From positions 2,232,001 through 2,296,000 of the forward strand of contig OZ374560.1 of assembly GCA_977862235.1 (NCBI GenBank): DNA of 64,000 nt, written 5' to 3'. The stretch comes from Dudresnaya verticillata. Lineage: Eukaryota. The notes under the pieces are model-generated. The model did not search any database. It was given only the letters and a program-made list of their open reading frames with translations, and was not told the DNA's origin. The position numbers were made by a program, and so were the translations under genes. Shown in pieces: positions 37,427 to 49,300 of the stretch (position 1 is the stretch's first letter; every line of letters starts with the position of its first letter).

Positions 37427-40199
37427 CTTGCAAGAGAGTTTCCCGATTCTCTTAGACTTAAGGTCCTTAGCAGGGCGGTTCTCAGCGGGCTGGGCTTTGG
37501 AAAGTTGTACAGTTGTTGGCGAAGTGTTGTTGTTGGGGAGTTGGTCGCTTTATAATGGAAGTCAGAATCGCCCGCACATGGGATGATAATGGTTCTGCTT
37601 TCCCTAAACAGTAGCGGTAGACTTTGTGGGCAGAACAAAACAATGAACAACAAGGCTAAGCCCTTAAATAATAAGTTAAGAAGTATAGGATGGTACAGTA
37701 ATGTACAGTACATGTACAGTACTGTTGTAGCTAGAATTTGCGAGCATTTTAGTTTTACCTTACACAGTACAGTGTACAGTACTGTATAAGCAAAAGGTAT
37801 GCTGTGCAGTAGAGGGGGAAGAGGTCACGCGCTGAACGACCGCGTGCAAAGTTGGAAACTATCACGCAACAAGACATTGCTGAACATCGTGGCTAGAGAC
37901 ACTGGCGTGGTTTTGCAGCTGCGTTGGTGCCGACCTGCGTTGAAGCGGAGATAACTCTAGTTGTTGCTGACCGAGCAATGCTGCGGCGCACACAGGCCAC
38001 ATTAAACAAGAAATAAAATACAACAACACTACATTTGGAGTGAGGTCTGCCGGTCATGCCACAATTGCACATGTCATGCTTTGTAGTTTGATTCTCTCCT
38101 CTGCTCGCTTGCAAGCGGCAGCCTGAGTCGCCACATGACCGGCCCGCGGAGTGTAAATGGGAGCACAGTTGTGAAGTATTGCGGAAACTGGGTGCCTGTT
38201 CTGTAGCGTCTTGTCGTTAGGTAGACCAATTGAGCAGGAACTTGAACAGGAAGGACGAAACGGCAAGTGGGGTGATGATGGCAAGGAGTTTGGTCAGTGT
38301 CAGTTTCCTGACGTCTTTACTCGCCGACGCACTAGGAATCTGTCTACAGTATGCTCGGCAGAGAGCATGCAACCAACAGAGTGCATTTTAATGAGATAAT
38401 TGATCATGCTCGAAAGAGGAAGGGACATATTCGCAATCGCAGACTATTATTTTAGACTATCGCTAGCTCATGCGCTCCTTAATGCATACTCCTCCTAATT
38501 CCCGCAGTCTCTCCCGCTGACTTTCCCAGATCTTTCCCCCTATCTGCACTGTATCTGCACTCCGCTCCTGCTTCGCTGCGGCATTATTGCCACGCACTGC
38601 GCTTTTCCGAACTGAACTGAAGGCTGTTCACCACCGTCGAGGGAATTGAAGTAGGTTTACCCGATCTGTTGGTCATTGTCTTCGTACCCATTCACTCACC
38701 TTCAGTATCAGCATTACGCAAATCGTTTCAGCTTTCATGGGCCATACATTCATCTGAACCGGCCCTTAGCCCACATCGTCTAGACTCTCCCATTTTAACG
38801 CAGGTTAACTGGGTATGATCTCTGCCCACTGCCCTCACCCCCATGTCCCCATGTCTCTTTCTGCTTTAGATATGTAGGATTTCCTCAGAGAAGCTTTTTT
38901 GATGTGATTCTCGTCTTCAAAATGCCTTGAACCAGATGGTGACGGGGACCTTTACGCAATCTCTGGAGACTAGTAGCCATGATTACGACAGGAAGGTCTT
39001 GAAAATGCAAAGGATCGACGGACTCGCACCTCTTTAAGATGAAGGTTCCACGATTGTAGAGCTGAGGTCTTCAATATATGAATGGTACCTTTCAACTTTT
39101 GCCACTCTGTCCCTTCTTTATATTGATTCTGACCGCTCGAAAGCTACGCAAACCACGGAGGTTCTTCGAGGAAATTCACAAATCGCTGTCCTGAGCCAAG
39201 ACTGAATAGAATAAAAATGTATTAAGGTAAGGTAGATGGACAGAATCACTACAAACAGTGCAACCCTAGAAGTGAATTATCTCAATATCGTAAATACTGA
39301 AAGCTTCCTTCGTTGGTGCGCTGAGGGGCGTAGGATTAGGTGAAATGGGTTTACTCCTTTGCAACAGACGATTGATTATGTTTGTTCTGTGTCCTCTCGT
39401 TTCTACTTTTTAAACCCTCATTAGTAATGAGTCATTACACACCTATACATGCTCTGATCCATTGGTGATTGCTGGAGATGTAAAGAAAGATCAACCATCC
39501 CCTTCACGAACCGTATTGATATGCGTCGGATTTCTACTTTAACATCTCACAGATCATTTGCAGATTCCCCACAACCATTAATAACACTTGATACAAAGCT
39601 TGGGAAAGGGTCTTTGGTAAAACTTATTTTGAGTCAATATACTCTATTCAGTTGGTACATTTTGTTCAAAGAGAGCTAGAGACCTTAATGATTTGGGCTT
39701 CTCAATGTGTTTTAGAAATACTGGAGGCTGCAAGATAAAAATCATCTCTCTCTGCAGTGCGCAATGATGCGCTCGCTAATGGGCCTTAGTCGCCCGCGTG
39801 AGACCACCTTAAACAACCAGTAAAAGTTTACCATCACAATGAAAAAGGAATTACACACGTAACGTATCAGCAGATATAATCCCCAGCTTAATACCTATTG
39901 CGACCTTGGACGACGATGGAAGTACCTGTCGAACCTACAAGAATGAGAGATCAAATTTTGTACATCTCAGGTGGGATGACCCCTGCTTTGCTTCAAATCC
40001 AACGAGGGAGAGAGATTAACTCTTCTTAGGAAAATATCCTTGAGATGAACTAGTGGTTTATCCCCTTCGCCTCCTACGTGCCCTGGATGTTAGGCCCTTT
40101 CCAGGGGGTCAGGTCAATCCATAGATTTGAATAAAGGTTTCTTTATTGCATTTGTCCTTGTGCAACAAGGGGATGGTTTGTATTGGGACTGGCAACGGG

Positions 40200-40760
40200 T
40201 TTGAATAATGCTTGCCAAAGGCACCAACCCTAGCTTGCAGTACGTCGTGGGCCTTTCCAAATACATAGCCAACTGTACATCGCCTGATCTTCCCCATAAC
40301 ATGTACATGCAACAGGCATTTCAGAACGTCGAAAGTTCAAGGGTTTCAGCTGAGGATCTCAAATTGGCGACAAGTGGGTATGCTGGCTATATGTAGTACT
40401 GAAGTTGAATACATCTTTTGTACATTGACGATAACAACTCTTCAGAATATAAAGATTCAGAAAACGCCAATGAGGTTCAGAAACAAATTAGTAACATGTG
40501 CATTAACAGGAACCTACCGGTATTGCGATTCATAGCAATATAGAAAATACTCGCCAAGTGGGGATTATTTGTTCGCTTCTGGAGTATTGTGACACTCGCT
40601 ATGTTTGCACACAAGCTACAATGACGATGATTGATGCCTCCCTCGCAGCTCGTTTGCAATGTCGTAAAAACATCGTTATTGAGAGGCAGACATTTAACTT
40701 CAGATATGAGATGCACTGAGAATATCGAAAGACTCGGCATATACGGAAGGTACTAAAGAG
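40200..40760 (+). mobile_element. Possible very old Ty1/copia pol remnant
   Basis: QYVVGLSKYIANCTSPDL resembles the copia RT YxxxVGSLxYxAxCTRPDI motif; downstream frames are broken. Confidence 0.28.
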
Positions 40761-42136
40761 AGCCGGAAAACGGGTGCCAGATGATGTCGCACAAGGCTGG
40801 CTTTTTCAAAGGAGCAGGTAATACGACATGGGAAAGAGGCGTTGATCTGACCCGTTCCCTCCGATCCCAACTAAACGCGAATGCCGACTCTTGTAGCTGC
40901 TGCTGAATGAGTTGGTGGATATGTAAAATTTGGGAAGACGTTATATATAGAAGGCAGTTGCAAACGTCAACGACAAGCAGCTGCGCAACGTTCAGGTCGT
41001 AGTATACTTTGTATGCGTGAGTTCGAATCTCACCGCTGTCATCGGAGAGGGCAGCGTGGCCGAGCGGTCTATCTGGCAGATGTCCGCAATAAGGCGCTGA
41101 ACTGGGGCTGCTTTGCTTTCTCCTTTTTGCCTCTGGCTACAATTTGGATAACACGTTTAGGCCATCAACTACACGATGTCTTCATTTCAACTTGCAACTT
41201 TCAACCATATCAAGCAATTGCATCTGCAGTTGCTGCGCATTCATCTACCAGTGAGGCCAAGCGAGTCTGGAGAGTATGCTTCTCGAAGTGCATAAATGGA
41301 GCAAGCACAATATAATGCCGACTGGCAGTATTGGATACTTTGCGGGTGTGCTAGTTGCTGTGTTTTGCCTCGCTCTTTCCACATGCTATCAAACACTATG
41401 GAGCTCATTTGTGTACAACACGTCTGGTCGCTTATTCGGTTTTCAGTACGTGGGCAGCTTCCCAAATCCTTCCATAGGCAGTCAATGACTTGGCTGAGTA
41501 TGACCAATGCGCACCGATTCTCACTACTCGCCCAGTCATCAATGAACAATCCATACCGACAGCGAAGCCATTGTGCATAGTTGTCCGACAGACCAAGTCT
41601 CTTGATCCAAACTGCAACAGCAGCGGTGTTGTGGATCAACGCCTTTGTGCATCACAATGTCTAAACCGTTCCCACTTGAGGCGTGGCGCCGAAGGGTGTA
41701 CCACAAAGTGCGGTCGCGTGCGCTCTGACGAGGGACGCGCAACGGCCCACACAAAACGACGCACGTGTCCAGACGCGCGCTGCACGCCCAACCAGCGCGC
41801 AGAACGCGGAACGCATCGTCTGCCACTTCTTAGAGCGCCGCGCTCCCCGTCGCTGAGTTTCTTCCTCTTCTTCTCCCTCTGCTTATTGAGCCCTTGTTTC
41901 TGCATTCTGGCCTCAATCTTTCCGTGCTTTGTTTCTACCTCTTCCCCGCCCTGCCGCGCGTTAGTGCACCGCTTTTCGCTGCCGTCGCTGGCGTATTCTT
42001 CCCGCGCGCTTCGGGGGGAGAACTTGCTGTTCGAGTTCGTGCTACTCCTTTGTGTTCCGTCTTCACGCTTGGCGCTGCTTCCACTCCGGTTCGCCTCCAT
42101 CTCGCAGTGCTGTGTTACCCTCTATCTTTTCCCAAT

Positions 42137-43225
42137 ATGTCGCCGTCCAATCACGCCAAACGCTCTACCCAGGACGTACACCAAGACGCGTTTGTTGCTT
42201 TGACCCACGCTACCGTCGATTTCATGGCTACCTCTGCTGCACTATTGGACAAGGTCGTTGACCTTCAAAATCCTACCGCTGTGGACACCTTCCTCTCCAC
42301 TCTGGCCGACCTGCCTCGTGTGAAGGCGCTCTTACCCACGTTCGAGCGCAACCCCCACTTTCAGTCCCTGCTTCGCATCTTTTCGCACTTCTCTGCTGAC
42401 TCTGCTGTTTCTGCGAAACCGTCATCCGCTCCTTCGACCCCGCCGAGACCTTCGTATTTAGCGGCAACGACAACTGGTCCCGCCCCTAAACCGGTTCATC
42501 AGCTTCCAGTATTGGGTCGCAAGGGCCTCGTGGAGCATTCCAATGCTGGTAAAACACCGCTGTCTCGCAAATTCGCAGGTTCTGTTCGCGGCACAAACCG
42601 CGTCTTGTTCGGTGGGGATCAGAAGCGCCGTACTGCCACTGGCGCTCCCCCGCTTGCTTCCCCTGCTGAATTCCGCAAAGCGCTCAAGCAAGGTGGTTTC
42701 CCTGGCTCATGTGCTATCGTCCGCTCTGAAGACCCCACCGTGTTCTATGTCTGTGCTTCACTACGTGATCTCACCTACACGGAAGCTGCGTACAATTCGT
42801 TTACTGCTCTGGCCAAAGAATCGGACAACTTCGATGCCCCCCATCTGACCTTTTCCCCACCAATCGCTCTCAAGAATGTATTGACGTCGAGTGAAGATAT
42901 CAATACAATTGCGCGACCGCTACGAAATGAGATCAATCGTCTCGACGCTACAAGCTGTACCTGGCCTCCTCGAAAATACTTTTCTCTGGCACTGCGCTCA
43001 GAGTATGAAGCACTAGAAGAACGAATGACTTCACTCGGGCGCACGCTACCGAGTCTCACCGAACCCCCGACCGGTGCTGCTTCTTCTCGACCATCGCGTG
43101 TGTATCCCCGTTATTCTCGACCCGATTCTGATGGATGGACCACTGTTCTTGATTCCCATCCGCCCGCTCCTCCGTCGGCTTTGTCCCCAGATGTAACCGA
43201 CACTGCGATGCCTACGGCTGAGTAA
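42137..43225 (+). CDS. Retrotransposon ORF1, function unknown (362 aa from ATG 42137)
   Basis: Open frame inside the element; its stop overlaps the ORF2 start (TAATG); Pro/Ser-rich linkers. Confidence 0.75.
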   Translation: MSPSNHAKRSTQDVHQDAFVALTHATVDFMATSAALLDKVVDLQNPTAVDTFLSTLADLPRVKALLPTFERNPHFQSLLRIFSHFSADSAVSAKPSSAPSTPPRPSYLAATTTGPAPKPVHQLPVLGRKGLVEHSNAGKTPLSRKFAGSVRGTNRVLFGGDQKRRTATGAPPLASPAEFRKALKQGGFPGSCAIVRSEDPTVFYVCASLRDLTYTEAAYNSFTALAKESDNFDAPHLTFSPPIALKNVLTSSEDINTIARPLRNEINRLDATSCTWPPRKYFSLALRSEYEALEERMTSLGRTLPSLTEPPTGAASSRPSRVYPRYSRPDSDGWTTVLDSHPPAPPSALSPDVTDTAMPTAE

Positions 43226-46200
43226 TGGAAGAAACAACAACCCTCTTTCAAAAATGCCCTCGTCCGGACATCGTCTTTGCACTTCGTATCCCCACCGTCA
43301 AATATATTCCAAATTGTCTTCGTGCGGACTGGCACGCTTTATGCTTCCATCTTTTTAACCGATTCGCAGTCGCATCTACATGTACTGAAAAAGAAGAACG
43401 CTTCGCTAGTGTTTGTGCTGTGGCAAAGCTCGTGCTACGGTTTAATGGACGCGGAGAACCCAGAAATGGCAATAAGTCTGCACTGATTCGCCGTTTGCGT
43501 GACCGAATTCAACTGGCAATTCGCGGGCAATGGAATGACCTTTGGGAGCAAGCCTCCAGTGCCTTTCCCTCGCTTCCCAATACTTCTTGCCAACCTACAG
43601 TTGATCCTTTCCGCCAATGCCGTCGGTTTATGGCCGAGGGGGCCATCAGTAAGGCTGCGCGCGCTTTGTGCTCTACTACTTCTACTGTTATTGCTAATCC
43701 CAATACCAAGACGGTCATGGAATCGCTTCACCCGCGTCCGGAAATTCCAGTTAAACCCCGCTTGCCACAATCACTCCCAGCTGCATATACATTCAACATT
43801 CAACGAGGCGGATGTAAGAAGGGCTCTTAGAAGTCTTCCAGTACACAGCTCACCTGGCCCGGATGGTCTCCGTCCGCTTCATCTTAAGGCGTTAACGCAT
43901 GCCCCGGGTGGTTCGGAGCCATCCCACTCTGCAATCGTGGCTCTGACCGCCTTTGTCAACAAATGTGCTACGGGCTCTTTACCTCCTCGCTACAGTGCTT
44001 GGTTTGGGGGTGCCTTGCTTCTGGGTCTTCCGAAGCACCCATCGTGTGTTTCTATGCTTCGTCCTATTGCCATTGGTGGCATCCTTCGTCGTTTCCTTGC
44101 CCGCCTGTTGATGAAGAAGATTGCCCAGGACAATGCTATTCGTGATTACCTTCTTCCCCATCAATTTGCAGTGGGAATCCCTCATGGAGCCGAATCTATT
44201 ATTCACGCCATACGTTCTTTCGTGGAGTCTAATACTGAGCAAGACTATGTCCTTCTTAAGCTTGATGCCACCAATGCTTTTAATTGTGTTGAGCGTTCTA
44301 TTATTCTCAGTGAAGTTATCGAAAGAGCTCCTGGCATTGCAAAGTTTGTGCATTTCCTTTTCTCGACTGAACCCGTTCTTCTATTTGGTCAGTTTCAGTT
44401 GTTCAGTCGGACAGGTACACAGCAGGGTGATCCGTTGAGCATGCTACTTTTATCTCTTTCGATTCATCCCCTGCTCATCAACATGCTCTCTACGTTCGCC
44501 TCCATCAAACTTCTTGCTGCATATGCTGATGACATTCATGTTGCTGTTCCGCGTTCTATTGCTTTCGATGTTATCCAGTTTCTAAAGACCCGAGGCCCCA
44601 AAATTGGTTTCAATCTACACATAGCAGTGGGGAAAACAGAAGCTTGGTGGCCTTCTTTATCGTCCCGTCGTGTTTCTCGTTCCAACTCCCTAGGTTGTCC
44701 TATCAACAACCATTCTTTTATCACAGTTCTGGGCGCCCCTATTGGCAGTACTGAGGGCTGTTTACAACATCTAAGAACTAAGCATGAGCCCATCCAATAT
44801 TTCTGGGCCCAACTGAAGCAGCTTAATGATCCTCAACTCGTTTTTCATTTATTACGGTACTGTGCTGGAACTTCCAAGCTTTCATACCTACTGCGATGCA
44901 CTCCCCCGCAACTAACCCAAGCCATTTCATTAACACATGACTGTGGCATGCGTGGAGTGTTTGAACACACACACTTTCCACTGTCGGATGAATCCTGGGA
45001 TATGGTTTCGCTTCCCATGCGACACGGTGGACTAGGTCTTACAAATGCCCGTCACATTGCCCACTGCAGCTATATCACCTCCGTCCTGTCCTCTCCCGCC
45101 TGGATTCGATGCCTGGTACCTTTTGATTCTCCTACTTTGCACCATTTCCTCGCCCCGTCTCTTCATAACATTCGCGAACAGCAACTACTCCGTGAAGATC
45201 GTGAAAAATGCAGTGTTTCTTCTATCTTGTTGGCCGCATCTTCCATAGGCCATGGTGTCGTTCCCGCATTGTCCCAAGATCTTCTTCCCTATATTCAACG
45301 AAAATTACGACACGACTTCATGTCCCAGATGACTACTCAGCATAGCTCTCGTGCCCGAGTACGGATTCAATCTACCTCTACTGTCAACTCTAGCCGCCCT
45401 TTCAGTGCCCTCCCATATGCATCTTCTTCTACCCGCGTGCAACCCGACATATGGCTCACCATGCTCAAACTCAGACTGGGTGTGGCGATCTTCCGTGGTG
45501 ATCGCCCTTGTCCTGCTTGTCTCCATGGCACATCCGCTGAAGTTCCACTCCTTGATATCTATGGACACCATGCCACAATCTGTCGATCGGGAACTGGCAG
45601 CATTCGCCGCCATGATACCCTCCGAAATCAACTTGGGGCTTTCTTTCGTAATACTGCTCGGAACCATGGCGTTACTGTTCAGCTTGAACGCAACTTTTCC
45701 TACCTAGAGGAGACTGGGGATTCCCGAGTTATGGCGTCTTCTGCACGCACTGCTTCAGAAAGGCGTCGCGATGCCCGTCAATTACAACGTACTGAAGACC
45801 GTTTCGAAGAAGACCGACGTGACCATCTTCGTATGGATCTCTATGTTGATGACCCTGCGTTTGCACCCCTCCCGCAAGCATTTGACGTCTCCGTGGTGAC
45901 ACCACACCATCCAACTACACTGTCCAAAACGCCTCGCTCTCAACATCAAGCTATTCACCGCCGCGAGCAAGCTAAAGCCCGTCATTATCGTCGCTTATGT
46001 TCTACCAACCGGATAGATCTCCATCCTATGGTGATGGACATCTATGGTGCCATTGGTTCTGGGTTCGATCGAGGCGCTCAGCGCGTGGCGAATTTCCTAG
46101 CTGCTATGAAGGGTACTTAGCCGATATCTGAGAAACTATCTCTTCTCACCAACCTCACCTCTCTTGTACCTCAATCTGTCGCGGTGGCTGTTAACCGCCG

Positions 46201-46237
46201 TTTACTCTTCGACCGTCGCCTTTCAGATGAGTTTTAG
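43225..46237 (+). pseudogene. Retrotransposon ORF2 (RT + zinc knuckle + RLE) with one frameshift and one nonsense codon
   Basis: PGPDG, LRPIAIG, LDATNAFN, GTQQGDPLS, YADD, LPMRHGGLG, CPAC..HATIC, RHD, RMDL..D..E..K. A 7-bp duplication at 43791-43804 shifts the frame; TAG at 46118-46120 stands where other copies have TCG. Confidence 0.92.
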
Positions 46238-46351
46238 ATAAGCCCCCTTACGGGGCTGTAGTCTTTCCTATGCATAAAGGTCTCCATCTCTCCTCTTCTC
46301 TGCAATGGCGCAACACACTTTCTCCGCACTCGACATCGCCTTTGCTTTCCT

Positions 46352-49300
46352 TTACGTCTCCACCTCCAACACCAACACACGTCCGTCTCGGAGCCCGACG
46401 ACCAGTCGACCCTCCACAGCATTGTAGTCCCACGTCCCAGGCTCGGTCAAAGCTGCCGGAAGGGTCGCGAGAATCGGCCCGTCCTGCCCGAGGCGCACTG
46501 ACTGGCCCGAGACCCGTACGACAGCCTCCGCTGCAGACCCGCTCCGATGGCTTCCACTCCCGTGCAGCACTTCACTCTCACGAACTCTTCCAACAGCCGC
46601 CTCAATCTCCCGCAGACCATTTCCACTCACCTCATAGTAACGCTCATTCCCATTCCCATCACGAGCCTTCACAGTACTCGCCCCAACACATCCAACACTC
46701 GCAACAGGTGAATAAAATGTTTTCGGTTCGCCCACGGGCTTGCCGCTCCCCAACTCCCACACCCGCAACGTATCGTCCGAGCGGGACACGACGTGCCGCC
46801 CGTCTGGTGTCACCGCCACGAACCACACCGCATCCGTGTGACCGCGCAACGGCTCCCCCACGGGCTTGCCGCTCCCCAACTCCCACACCCGCAACGTCTC
46901 GTCCGACGACCCGGACACGACGTGCCGCCCGTCTGGCGTCACCGCCACGCACTCCACCGCATACGTGTGACCGCGCAACGGCTCCCCCACGGACTTGCCG
47001 CTCCCCAACTCCCACACCCGCAACGTCTTGTCCCGCGACCCGGACACGACGTGCCGCCCGTCTGGCGTCACCGCCACGCACTCCACCGAATCCTTGTGAC
47101 CGCGCAACGGCTCCCCCACGGGCTTGCCGCTCCCCAACTCCCACACCCGCAACGTCTCGTCCCACGACCCGGACACGACGTGCCGCCCGTCTGGCGTCAC
47201 CGTTACGCACCGCACCGAACCCGTGTGACCGCGCAACGGCTTCCCCACGGGCTTGCCGCTCCCCAACTCCCACACCCGCAACGTCTTGTCCCACGACCCG
47301 GACACGACGTGCCGCCCGTCTGGCGTCACCGCCACGCACGTCACATAACCCGTGTGACCGCGCAACGGCTCCCCCACGGGCTTGCCGCTCCCCAACTCCC
47401 ACACCCGCAACGTCTCGTCCGACGACCCGGACACGACGTGCCGCCCGTCTGGCGTCACCGCCACGCACTCCACCGCACACGTGTGACCGCGCAACGGCTC
47501 CCCCACGGGCTTGCCGCTCCCCAACTCCCACACCCGCAACGTCTCGTCCCACGACCCGGACACGACGTGCCGCCCGTCTGGCATCACCGTTACGCACCGC
47601 ACCGAACCCGTGTGACCGCGCAACGGCTCCCCCACGGGCTTGCCGCTCCCCAACTCCCACACCCGCAACGTCTCGTCCCACGACCCGGACACGACGTGCC
47701 GCCCGTCTGGCGTCACCGCCACGCACCGCACCCCATCCGTGTGACCGCGCAACGGCTCCCCCACGGGCTTGCCGCTCCCCAGCTCCCACACCCGCAACGT
47801 CTCGTCCCACGACCCGGACACGACGTGCCGCCCGTCTGGCGTCACCGCCACGCACAGCACCGTATTCGTGTGACCGCGCAGCGGTTCCCCCACGGGCTTG
47901 CCGCTCCCCAACTCCCACACCCGCAACGTCTTGTCCCGCGACCCGGACACGACGTGCCGCCCGTCTGGCGTCACCGCCACGCACTGCACTTCACCCGTGT
48001 GACCGCGCAGCGGCTCCCCCACGGGCTTGCCGCTCCCCAACGCCCACACCCGCAACGTCTTGTCGCCCGACCCGGACACGACGTGCCGCCCGTCTGGCGT
48101 CACCGCCACGCACTCCACCGACCTCGTGTGACCGTGCAGCGGCTCCCCCACGGGCTTGCCGCTCCCCAACTCCCACACCCGCAACGTCTTGTCCCGCGAC
48201 CCGGACACGACGTGCCGCCCGTCTGGGGTCACCGCCACGCAGTGCACCGACCTCGTGTGACCGCGCAGCGGCTCCCCCACGGGCTTGCCGCTCCCCAACT
48301 CCCACACCCGCAACGTCTCGTCCTCCGACCCGGACACGACGTGCCGCCCATCTGGGGTCACCGCCACGCACCACACCGCATTCTCGTGGCCGACGTACTC
48401 ACGGATGACAACGCTGCTTTCCAAGTCGATGAGCACTACTTTGTTCCTAATTCCTGCCACAACTTTTCCCTCATCCCCTGTCACAGCCAAGCTCCATACA
48501 CTGTCCGCACACGGGATTTCCATCTCTTGTCGACCACCAGGAATGTTCCAGCACCGAGTTAATGATCGAACTCGAGGTGTGGGGGACACCTTGCTGGCCG
48601 TCTCAAGGTACCGCCGCACGAGCCATGACTCATCGCATGAGTCCACCAAGCGCGACTGCATCTGGAACATCAGCTCCCTCGGGTTTCGAACAATGAACGC
48701 CCAGCTCTCCTGCGCTGCAGACCGCAGCAACTCCATACCCGCATCGAAATCTTCTTCACCAACCAACCCATTTGCCAAGCACGCCCACCGCAACTCTTTC
48801 ACATTCTCCTTCCACCCAGGGATGTCCAAAGGACTGCTATCTATGGTCATCCATCGTGGGTCAAGAAGAAGGCTGGCTAATTCCGTGTCACTCGGAGCTG
48901 GTATACCCTGCGAAATAATCGCCACCACATCAGCCATAGTACAACGCTCCTTCCACTTCGACCGTAAACAACGCAACGCAGCCGTCCTCATCGCCTCATC
49001 CCCAATGGAGTCCGCCCATTCTCGTGCGACTGCTCCAAGCCGACCCTCTCTTGCTAGACTCGGGGCGTTAATGAAATCCAGTTCCGAAAAGGGCGTCTCC
49101 CCACCCCCCAGGAAACACAAAAGTAGTCCAAAGCTCCACACATCCCACGACGGACGCGTCGGCGCCTTTCTTTGGTCCTTGAGCACCTCTGGTGGCATGA
49201 AAACAACCGTCCCTGACGCAGCTCCTCTACTACTCCTCAGCGTATACGTTTCCATCTGCTTTGTCACCTGCACTTCTCGCGACACGCCAAAGTCGCACAG

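Larger units (their letters stand above)
41872..46290 (+). mobile_element. Full-length two-ORF non-LTR retrotransposon with C-terminal restriction-like endonuclease (CRE-like; family 1)
   Basis: TSD TCCTCTTCT at 41863-41871 and 46291-46299; the empty site is visible in the duplicate at 53171-53179; RT and RLE motifs; 3' hairpin and TCTC end. Confidence 0.95.

Noticed and set aside
41490..42203. 237-aa ORF (and 52789-53307)
   Set aside because: Crosses the retrotransposon junction in one copy, has no recognisable motif and uses a non-ATG start.
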